Positions 8,876-15,675 of a stretch of 32,000 nt of DNA are shown here, piece after piece. The notes below the pieces were generated by a model, which was not told where the DNA came from, ran no database searches, and was given only the letters and a program-made list of their open reading frames with translations. The position numbers and the translations under genes were made by a program. The DNA is from Candidatus Iainarchaeum sp. (GTDB taxonomy: Archaea; Iainarchaeota; Iainarchaeia; Iainarchaeales; JACQJH01), in NCBI GenBank assembly GCA_016205145.1, contig JACQJH010000002.1, forward strand, positions 570,001-602,000, given 5' to 3'. Within the stretch, counting starts at the first letter, position 1. The number at the start of each line of letters is the position of its first letter.

Positions 8876-10252
8876 ATGGAAATGGAAAAGATTTTCAGGA
8901 AAATCCTTGCAAAAGTGAAGCCCGGGCCTGGAGAAATAGCGAAAGAGACTGCCTTTGCGGAAGGCTTAGTTGACAGCATAATGAAAATGCCGGGCAAACA
9001 TTTGAGGGCCGAGATTGTCGGCTCATTCGCAAGGCAAACCCATTTGCGCGGCGACAATGACATCGACATTTTCGTTATTTTCCCCCAGGCGGTCGGGCGC
9101 GCGGATTTCGAAGCCGAAGGACTGCGCATAGGCAAAGCCGTGTTCGGAAAAAACAGGTGGGTTGAAGCCTATTCCGAGCACCCTTACATCAGGGGCAGCA
9201 TCAGCGGCTTTGACGTTGAAATCGTTCCAAGCTATGACATAGGCGAAGGCCAAAGCATTGTCAGCTCTGTTGACAGGAGCCCATTGCACAACCGCTTCCT
9301 CAGGGGAAAGCTCTCGGAACAGCAGAAGGACGAGGTCAGGCTGTTAAGGCAGTTTCTCAAGGGAATCGGCTGCTATGGCGCGGACATAAAGGCAAGCTCG
9401 GTTCCAGGCTACGTGACCGAACTGCTCATTCTCAAATTCGGCTCGTTCAGGGAATTCCTCAGGAATGCCTCGGAATGGCGCGAAGTCGAAGTCATCGACC
9501 TTGCAACGCACCTTGACGAAAACGCCGCCATAAAAAAATTCGGCCACCATTTCATTGTCGTCGACCCGATTGACAAAAACAGGAACGTTGCCGCGGCACT
9601 GTCAAAAAACCAGTACTGCAGGATAATCGCGGCAAGCAGGGCGTTCCTTGAAAAGCCGTCCGGAAAATTCTTTTACCCGGAAAAAACCAGGGCGTGGAGC
9701 GTTGAAAAGCTGAGGAAAAAGCTTTCGGAAATAGAGCTTGTCGCGCTGAAGCTGCCGTACCCTGAAAAAGCCCTGCCGGACGTGGTTTACGGCCAGGCCA
9801 AAAGATTCGGCAGGAAAACCGCCAACGGCCTTGAAATGCACGATTTCAGGATTTACAGGCACTCCGAATGGAGCGACGAAAAAAAACAGGCCATAATCGT
9901 TTTCGAACTGGAAAACCTGCAAATCCAGAAAACAAAAATCCATGCCGGCCCGCCAGTGACGAACGCGCCTGACAGCAAAAGGTTTCTGGCGGAGCACAGG
10001 AACTGCACTGCCGGCCCGAGAATAGTTGACGGCCGGTGGGTAGTCGAAAAAAAACGCGAATTCCACGACGCAAGAAGCCTGCTCAAAAAAATCTGTTCGG
10101 ATTCGGCCAAAACCGAAAAGCCGCCGCTCAAAAAAGCATTGCAGAAAGCCGCAATCGAAAGCGAGGAGAAGCTCGTGCAGACTTTCAGGAAAAGCCCGGG
10201 CTTCGCGGAATTCCTCACGGAATGGCTGGAAGGAAAAGAGAAATTCCTCTAA
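8876..10252 (+). CDS. cca: Archaeal class I CCA-adding tRNA nucleotidyltransferase
   Basis: VGSFARQTHLRGDNDIDIFVIFP nucleotidyltransferase motif; length and the SVDRSPLHNRFL region are typical of archaeal Cca. Confidence 0.9.
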   Translation: MEMEKIFRKILAKVKPGPGEIAKETAFAEGLVDSIMKMPGKHLRAEIVGSFARQTHLRGDNDIDIFVIFPQAVGRADFEAEGLRIGKAVFGKNRWVEAYSEHPYIRGSISGFDVEIVPSYDIGEGQSIVSSVDRSPLHNRFLRGKLSEQQKDEVRLLRQFLKGIGCYGADIKASSVPGYVTELLILKFGSFREFLRNASEWREVEVIDLATHLDENAAIKKFGHHFIVVDPIDKNRNVAAALSKNQYCRIIAASRAFLEKPSGKFFYPEKTRAWSVEKLRKKLSEIELVALKLPYPEKALPDVVYGQAKRFGRKTANGLEMHDFRIYRHSEWSDEKKQAIIVFELENLQIQKTKIHAGPPVTNAPDSKRFLAEHRNCTAGPRIVDGRWVVEKKREFHDARSLLKKICSDSAKTEKPPLKKALQKAAIESEEKLVQTFRKSPGFAEFLTEWLEGKEKFL

Positions 10253-10312
10253 GCCAAAAAGCAAAACAAAGAGCGAAGAAAAAAATCAGGCTGCCTGCGT
10301 GGCAAAATGGCG

Positions 10313-10576
10313 TTAGATTAAAGTCGCCGATTCCGTTTCAACTTCGCTTACACCGCTGATGTCCCGGATTTCCTGTTCAAGCTTGTCCATCAGGCCCTCG
10401 CTTTTATCCGGAATCTTGATGCCGATCCTGAAAACCGACAGGCCGAACGCGACAGGCTCTTTCCTGACTTCCTGCACCACGCCGGTCTTGACTCCTTTCA
10501 GGCCTGCCTCGACCTTGTCCGAGTCCTCAGGGCTTTCAGGGAAAACCTTGAAAACAACCATCACATTGCTGCCCAT
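10313..10576 (-). CDS. ef1b: Translation elongation factor aEF-1 beta
   Basis: 87 aa (VMVVFKVFPESPEDSDKVEAGLK...EPVAFGLSVFRIGIKIPD...VSEVETESATLI). Size and pattern match aEF-1beta. Confidence 0.9.
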   Translation of the reverse strand: MGSNVMVVFKVFPESPEDSDKVEAGLKGVKTGVVQEVRKEPVAFGLSVFRIGIKIPDKSEGLMDKLEQEIRDISGVSEVETESATLI

Positions 10577-10585
10577 AAAAACCGC

Positions 10586-10744
10586 CTATGGTCCGACAAA
10601 GCCGCAGGAAGGGCAAACGTAAGGCTTGGCTGTCTGCCTTGAATGCAACGAGCGCACAATCCTTTCCTTCGAGCAGGCCGGGCACTTGAACTCTATGAAG
10701 TCGATTGTGACTTCCCTGTTGCTTGTCATGCAAACCTTCATCAT
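10586..10744 (-). CDS. Zn-ribbon RNA-binding protein (COG2888-like) conserved upstream of aEF-1beta
   Basis: 52 aa (MMKVCMTSNREVTIDFIEFKCPACSKERIVRSLHSRQTAKPYVCPSCGFVGP) with CPAC...CPSC, in the classic position just upstream of ef1b. The longer listed ORF 10586..11122 runs through a tRNA gene. Confidence 0.8.
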   Translation of the reverse strand: MMKVCMTSNREVTIDFIEFKCPACSKERIVRSLHSRQTAKPYVCPSCGFVGP

Positions 10745-10833
10745 TCCACGTCCGTCAAAAGTTAATAATAAAACTCTGCTCCACGCAATAATTAAAAAGC
10801 AAACCTCTGGCTTGCCAAAGCACGCCAGAACAA

Positions 10834-10988
10834 GGGCCTGTAGTCTAACGGACAGGACGGCCGGCTTCGGACCGCTGCCCTTTTCTTTTTCTTCGCAAGA
10901 AAAAGAAAAAGTGCAGGGCGCCCAAAAAGAAAGAAACGGGCAAACGGGAAGAGACCGGCTGATGGGGGTTCGAATCCCTCCGGGCCCG
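10834..10988 (+). tRNA. tRNA-Arg (anticodon TCG) with 83-nt intron at 37/38
   Basis: Acceptor GGGCCTG/CGGGCCC, D stem GTCT/GGAC, anticodon stem GCCGG/CCGGC, loop CTTCGGA, T arm GGGGG-TTCGAAT-CCCTC, discriminator G. Intron is 10871..10953. BHB: central helix CTTC/GAAG flanked by 3-nt bulges GGA and AGA, outer helix CCG/CGG. Confidence 0.85.
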
Positions 10989-11121
10989 CTTTCGCGCGGG
11001 CGAAACGAAACCAAGGCGTCTTGCTTTTGCAAGACGCCGGGTAGGTATAAACATAAGTAGTGTTCCGCGAAGCGCGAACACCACGCACGGGGTTTGCAAG
11101 GGGCGAAAGCCCCTGCGTGCA
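10989..11121 (+). repeat. Hairpin cassette between two copies of the tRNA-Arg 3' end
   Basis: Contains GCCCGC-TTTCGC-GCGGGC (overlapping the tRNA end), gaaaccaagg, GGCGTCTTGC-tttt-GCAAGACGCC, GTGTTC(C)GCG-aag-CGCGAACAC, and ggggtttgcaaggggcgaaagcccctgcgtgc. The module order parallels the elements at 19239-19420 and 28616-28748. Confidence 0.6.
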
Positions 11122-11138
11122 AATCCCTCCGGGCCCGA
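11088..11138 (+). other. tRNA 3'-half-like segment (second copy of aatccctccgggcccg)
   Basis: The 16-mer at 10973-10988 recurs exactly at 11122-11137. Removing the 25-nt hairpin 11095-11119 would give CGGGG-TTCAAAT-CCCTC-CGGGCCC-G, a near-canonical T arm plus acceptor strand. Confidence 0.5.
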
Positions 11139-11139
11139 A

Positions 11140-11194
11140 CCGGCGGTTTCGTCCGCCGGGTCCGACGATGGGTACACCGCTGCGCGCTGTACCC
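11140..11194 (+). repeat. TTTCGT-loop hairpin plus GGGTACA/TGTACCC hairpin (trailer module)
   Basis: CCGGCGG-TTTCGT-CCGCCGG at 11140-11159, then GGGTACA...TGTACCC at 11170-11194. The loop of the second hairpin holds cgctgcgcgctgt, which also occurs at 15628-15640. Confidence 0.6.
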
Positions 11195-11251
11195 TTCTGC
11201 TTTATTTTCGGTATTAACTGTTTCAGGGCGTGCGACGCCTAAAGCCCCCGC

Positions 11252-11259
11252 TTTTTAAG
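11252..11259 (+). promoter_or_regulatory. TATA-like box upstream of rad50
   Basis: tttttaag lies about 25 nt upstream of ATG 11282. This is consistent with a leaderless or short-leader archaeal transcript. Confidence 0.4.
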
Positions 11260-11281
11260 TTTTTTTGGCACATTCTTGTTT

Positions 11282-13348
11282 ATGATTAAGCGCGTCCTGC
11301 TTGAAAACTGGAAAACGCATTCCAGGAGCGAACTGTTTTTCGGCCAGGGCACGAACGTGCTTGTAGGCAGGATGGGCGCCGGCAAAACGAGCGTGATGGA
11401 CGCAATCTGCTTTGCCTTGTTCGGAACATTTCCCTCATTGAACTCGCGCAGGGTTTCGCTTGACGAGGTTGTAATGAACAAGCCCAACCAGATGGACTTC
11501 TGCAGGGTTGAAATGGACTTCGATTATGCAGGAAAAAGCTTTGCCGTCGAAAGGACGATAAATTTCGGGAAAAAGGCGAATGAGGCTAAATTGTTCTGCG
11601 CGGGAAAGCTTGTTGCCGGGCCGAGCGTTTCAGACGTGACCAAAAGAATCGAGGACACGATTGAACTGGATTTCGAGCTGTTTTCAAGGGCCGTCTACTC
11701 CGAGCAGAATGAACTGGACTTTTTTTTGAGGATGTCGCCTGCGCAGAGAAAGGCGAAATTCGACGAGCTTTTGGACCTGGAAAAATACGAGAATGCGCGG
11801 GCGGCGGCTTCGACCGCCTCAAGCAGGCTCAAGGCGCAGGCCAAGGACCGGCAGAGAGTAGTGGAAAAAATCGGGCAGGACGCGACCAAGGCCGACCTTG
11901 AAAGCCTCAGGAAACGGCTTGGCGAAAAAGCCGGGTTGGAGGAAAAGTATCTGGCGGAAAAGCTTTCGAAGGAATCCGAACTCGAAAAGGCGGAAAAACT
12001 TCTAGTGGAACTTGAAAAATCCGAGGCCGAGGCAAGGCAATTGAATGAGAGCCTCATCAGGGCCGTTGCCGGCCTGGAAGAGGCGAGAAAGGGAATTGAG
12101 CGCGCGAGGAAAATGCTTGCGGGCAGGAATGCCGGGGAAATCCGGAAAATCCTTGGCGAAAAAGAGGCCGTTGCGAAAGACATCGACGAAAAGGAAATTC
12201 CGGAACTTGAATCGGAGCTGAAGAACAGGTTCAACGAATCCAATGCGGTTTTCAGGAAAAGCGAGCTGTGCAGGTCGAAGATTTCCGATCTGAAAAAAAA
12301 GTCGGAAAGGCTGGCGGGGCTTGAAGCGGTCTGCCCAACGTGTTACAGGGAACTTTCGGACGGGGACCGGAAAAGCGTCATAGGCGCAAACGAAAGCGAA
12401 AAAGCCTCGCTTGAAAAGGAGCTTGCCGCGCTCGCGGGAGAGCTTGAAAAAAGCGAGGGCCGCAAAAACAAGGCCGAGGAAAATGCGAGGGCCGCAATGA
12501 AAAGGCTTTCCCTGGAAAAAGACGGAATCCGGGAAACTAAAACCCTGCTTGCCGAAGCGCTTGAACTGGAAAAAAAGGAAGCTGACTCCAGGAGTATGGA
12601 GGAAAAGGCTTCAGAATTCCGAAAGCTTGTTTCCGGACAAAAATTTTCCCCCGAAGACCTGAAGGCCGCGAGAAAAAAGGCGGGCGACTGCGATTCCGCG
12701 CTTAAGGTGATAGGCAAGGGCATTGAAAGCAACCGCGAGCTCATGAAAACCATTGAAGCTGCAATCGAAAAGGCGGAAGCCACATTGCAGGTTGCGGAAA
12801 GCATGAAACAGGAAATAGTCTCGCTTGAAAATGCGTCGCGTGATTTGTCGGTTTTTGTCAACGCGCTTTCGTCGGCGCAGGCGGAATTGAGGCAGACAAT
12901 GATTGAAAGCGTCAACGAGGCCCTCGCGGATATCTGGCCCAGGGTTTACCCTTACCGTGATTATGTCGGGGCAAGGCTTGAAATCGTGGATGGAAACTAT
13001 GAACTGAAGGCAAGGCATTTTTCCGGCGCTTGGACAAGGATTGACGGCATACTTTCCGGGGGGGAGAGAAGCTCGGCCGCAATCTGCGTAAGAATAGCGT
13101 TCTCTCTTGTCCTCACGCAGAATCTCGGCATCATAATCCTTGACGAGCCCACGCACAACCTCGACTCAAGCGCGGTTGAGGCCCTTACAACAATGCTGAA
13201 AACGCATCTGCCCCGGCTTGTCGGGCAGGTTTTCATCATCACACATGACAAGGAAATGGAGAAAGCGGCTTCCTCATCGCTCTATCAGCTGGACCGCGAA
13301 AAAGACTGCGCTGAAGCCACAAAAATAATTTCAGCTGAAACGCAATAG
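11282..13348 (+). CDS. rad50: Rad50-type SMC ATPase (short coiled-coil arms)
   Basis: Walker A GRMGAGKTS, long heptad-rich middle, CPTC zinc hook at 12332-12343, signature LSGGERSS, Walker B IIILDEPTHNLD. ATG at 11282; the listed start 11276 is TTG. Confidence 0.85.
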   Translation: MIKRVLLENWKTHSRSELFFGQGTNVLVGRMGAGKTSVMDAICFALFGTFPSLNSRRVSLDEVVMNKPNQMDFCRVEMDFDYAGKSFAVERTINFGKKANEAKLFCAGKLVAGPSVSDVTKRIEDTIELDFELFSRAVYSEQNELDFFLRMSPAQRKAKFDELLDLEKYENARAAASTASSRLKAQAKDRQRVVEKIGQDATKADLESLRKRLGEKAGLEEKYLAEKLSKESELEKAEKLLVELEKSEAEARQLNESLIRAVAGLEEARKGIERARKMLAGRNAGEIRKILGEKEAVAKDIDEKEIPELESELKNRFNESNAVFRKSELCRSKISDLKKKSERLAGLEAVCPTCYRELSDGDRKSVIGANESEKASLEKELAALAGELEKSEGRKNKAEENARAAMKRLSLEKDGIRETKTLLAEALELEKKEADSRSMEEKASEFRKLVSGQKFSPEDLKAARKKAGDCDSALKVIGKGIESNRELMKTIEAAIEKAEATLQVAESMKQEIVSLENASRDLSVFVNALSSAQAELRQTMIESVNEALADIWPRVYPYRDYVGARLEIVDGNYELKARHFSGAWTRIDGILSGGERSSAAICVRIAFSLVLTQNLGIIILDEPTHNLDSSAVEALTTMLKTHLPRLVGQVFIITHDKEMEKAASSSLYQLDREKDCAEATKIISAETQ

Positions 13349-13377
13349 GAAGCAATGGAAGGATTCTAAAAAAAGGT

Positions 13378-13608
13378 TCAGGCCGCAACTGCCTTGGCCG
13401 CCGCAAGCTTTTTCTCTTCCTTTGATTTTCTTGCAAGGCCCCTTGTTATGAAGCCCGCAATCGTGTTCCTGCTGACCTGCGGAAGCCCGAAATCAAGGCC
13501 GTCGATTGCCAGCTTGTTTTTCTCAAAATCGGCGCCGAAGAGGGCAGGATACTCGTTGAGCAATACCTTTGCCTTGAATTTGAGTGCCTTTGGAACAGCT
13601 TTTCCCAT
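13378..13608 (-). CDS. rps17e: Ribosomal protein S17e (eS17)
   Basis: MGKAVPKALKFKAKVLLNEYPALFGADFEKNKLAID...SRNTIAGFITR matches the eS17 N-terminal pattern. ATG at 13608. Confidence 0.8.
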   Translation of the reverse strand: MGKAVPKALKFKAKVLLNEYPALFGADFEKNKLAIDGLDFGLPQVSRNTIAGFITRGLARKSKEEKKLAAAKAVAA

Positions 13609-13619
13609 CAAAAATCGCC

Positions 13620-13826
13620 TCAGTTGATTTCAATCTTTTTTATCTGGCCGTCAGGGTATTTTCTCAAAACCGCCAGCGGAATTACCCTGCGGTTGAACTC
13701 TTCAATCGCAATGTCCTCCATCCTGAGCACTTTTGCAGGCTTGACGAGCGGCGGTGCGCCGAGCGAAAGCTGAAGGGTGCGAGCGCCGATTATTCTCGCG
13801 GTTTCAAACCGTGTAAGCTTTTCCAT
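13620..13826 (-). CDS. rpoK: DNA-directed RNA polymerase subunit K (Rpo6)
   Basis: The 68-aa C-terminal part of listed ORF 13620..13958 reads MEKLTRFETARIIGARTLQLSLGAPPLV, the RpoK/omega signature. Confidence 0.85.
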   Translation of the reverse strand: MEKLTRFETARIIGARTLQLSLGAPPLVKPAKVLRMEDIAIEEFNRRVIPLAVLRKYPDGQIKKIEIN

Positions 13827-13964
13827 CAAAAAACACCAAAAAAAGCAGGTGCAGAGAAGGGTTTGGAGAAAAACTCCAATCAAACATCTTGCAGGCAAAG
13901 GATTAAAAAGCTGTCTCAGGCGTGCCTCATGCTGTCGGTGGTTTGGGTTTTCAGGCACTCTTGC

Positions 13965-15452
13965 TCAGGCGAGAATCCTGACTTTGGGCTGCGGGATTTT
14001 TTGGTTCGCAGAGAAATCCTTTGCCAGGAAAAAACCGGAGTGGCCTCCGACAAATGCCTTTGACCTGCCGAGGACCGTGCGTTCCCCCTTTTCTGATGAA
14101 AACGCCTCAAACTTTGCCAGAACGGTTTCCTGCACGCCGAGCAGGGCGCGCATTATCTGCGGGGAAAAAAATTTCGCGTTATGCCATGCAAGGTACCTTG
14201 GCACTGCATCGGCCAGCGAGATTGCGGCCTCTGAAAAGGACCTGAAAAAAACGAGTCTCGGATTGGTCGTGTGAAGGAAGTCCCCGATTTTGGATTGCCG
14301 CTTTTGTTCGGCAAACGCAAGCCTTCCGGCTTCAGCCGCCTTTTCCTGCAGGCCTGCAATCTCGGCGCCCGCAAAAGAGCCGCGCTTCAGGCAGAACCAT
14401 TCAAGCATTGCATTGTTTTCCGGCAGGATGCGGCCGGCACCCGATGCGTTAAGTGTTTTCGCGTCTTCAAGCGGCAGCATTTCCCTTTGCCCGAAAAAAA
14501 ACGGCCCGGCTTCCGGCGCGGAGAGGAAAAATTCGCGCATCCGCTTTTCCCTGCTTTCCCTGAAAGGCGCTTTTTCGTGGAATGCGCTTGCAAACGACCT
14601 GGAAAACGGCTGGAAGAAAAAGGCGTTTGACAGGAACTCGGTTTCGGCAAAAGAGCTTGGCAGGACATTGCGGTCGGAAAATGATTCCGGCCTGCAGCAG
14701 CCGCAGTTCAGGGTTTCAAAGCCGATGTTGAAAAACGACCGGTGGAAAAAAGCAGGCCACACCGAGGAAAAATCAAGCTCTGAACCCGGACCGCCGTTAT
14801 GGGCAAAGCCATTTTTTGGCAACGCAGACCTGTCATGCGGAAAACTCTCGAACGCAAACCCGTTTGAAAACAAGGCATTTTCAACAAAGGTTTCCGCCAA
14901 AAGCTGGCTTGTTTCAGGCAGGCTTTCAAGGGGCACCCTTAGAAGGCTTGAAAATGCCATTTTCCTGCAAAGCGCCTCGGCAAGACCGTCACCGGCGGAG
15001 AGAAGGCCTTGAATCGTTGCTGAAACCGGTTCGGAAAACATCGGCAGGCTTGCCTCCGGAAACTCCGTCGGCAGGCTTTCAAGGGACTCCATTGCGAATG
15101 CCCGGAAAAAAGCCCAGTTTTTTTCAAGCAAAAACTGCCGCTCCGGGCCGATTACGATTGGCTTGTAGCCAAGCGAGGATTCGATTAGAGCGGAAGCCTG
15201 CTCTAAGCCGGAAAAATCCGAAAAGCTTATTTCGTTTGAAAACTCCCTTTCCTTTACCGAAAAATTCTGGATGCTCAGGACCGACAGCAGGCTTTTGAGC
15301 AGCTCCGGCGAAAACCTTTTTGGGACAAGGATTTTCGGAAAAAACCTGAAGCGCCTGGAAAAACGCTCGTTGCCGCGCCTGAACTCGGCGAAGATTTCAC
15401 GCTTTTGGCCGGCGTACGCTGCGCCGGACAGGAAGGCACTGTCGGAAGGCAT
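13965..15452 (-). CDS. Reduced, probably catalytically inactive family B DNA polymerase-like protein
   Basis: N-terminus REIFAEFRRGNERFSRRFRFFPKILVP resembles the PolB N-terminal domain. ELDFSSVWPAFFHRSFFNIGFETLNCGC (nt 14691-14780) aligns with motif A (LDFxSLYPSIIxxHNxSPDTLNxxGC). TVLGRSKAFV sits where xVxYxDTDGxxA (motif C) should be. GFFLAKDF sits where GFFVTKKRY should be. Exonuclease and thumb regions are absent. ATG at 15452; the listed start 15470 is TTG. Confidence 0.55.
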   Translation of the reverse strand: MPSDSAFLSGAAYAGQKREIFAEFRRGNERFSRRFRFFPKILVPKRFSPELLKSLLSVLSIQNFSVKEREFSNEISFSDFSGLEQASALIESSLGYKPIVIGPERQFLLEKNWAFFRAFAMESLESLPTEFPEASLPMFSEPVSATIQGLLSAGDGLAEALCRKMAFSSLLRVPLESLPETSQLLAETFVENALFSNGFAFESFPHDRSALPKNGFAHNGGPGSELDFSSVWPAFFHRSFFNIGFETLNCGCCRPESFSDRNVLPSSFAETEFLSNAFFFQPFSRSFASAFHEKAPFRESREKRMREFFLSAPEAGPFFFGQREMLPLEDAKTLNASGAGRILPENNAMLEWFCLKRGSFAGAEIAGLQEKAAEAGRLAFAEQKRQSKIGDFLHTTNPRLVFFRSFSEAAISLADAVPRYLAWHNAKFFSPQIMRALLGVQETVLAKFEAFSSEKGERTVLGRSKAFVGGHSGFFLAKDFSANQKIPQPKVRILA

Positions 15453-15470
15453 GAAAGAGATTTGGTTCAA

Positions 15471-15675
15471 GGCGCTTTTAAGTTTCTTCGGAGGAGAGTG
15501 CGCTTCCCCTGACCGCCGTCATCGCCCGGCGGGTACGTTTTGTGGCATCCGCGCTGTTGCGGGATGCCACGCATGCTTTGCGGGGTTTGCAAGGGGTGCA
15601 ACCCCTGCACTCGCTTTGCTCGCATAGCGCTGCGCGCTGTTGCGCGATGGTTCGACGTGGCCTGAACTACGGCGC
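15471..15675. repeat. 205-nt non-coding block made of GC-rich hairpin modules
   Basis: Contains CCGCCG-tcatcgc-CGGCGG at 15513-15533, the 29-nt hairpin GTGGCATCCGCGCTGTTGCGGGATGCCAC at 15542-15570, ggggtttgcaaggggtgcaacccctgcac, ctcgctttgctc, and cgctgcgcgctgt. Each of these has a counterpart near a tRNA gene elsewhere in the window. Confidence 0.6.

Noticed and set aside
10586-11122. 178-aa minus-strand ORF, and ORFs 10792-11088, 10845-11177, 23036-23334 and 30461-30943
   Set aside because: They run through tRNA genes and hairpin repeats. Only the last 52 codons of the first one (the Zn-ribbon protein) are credible.
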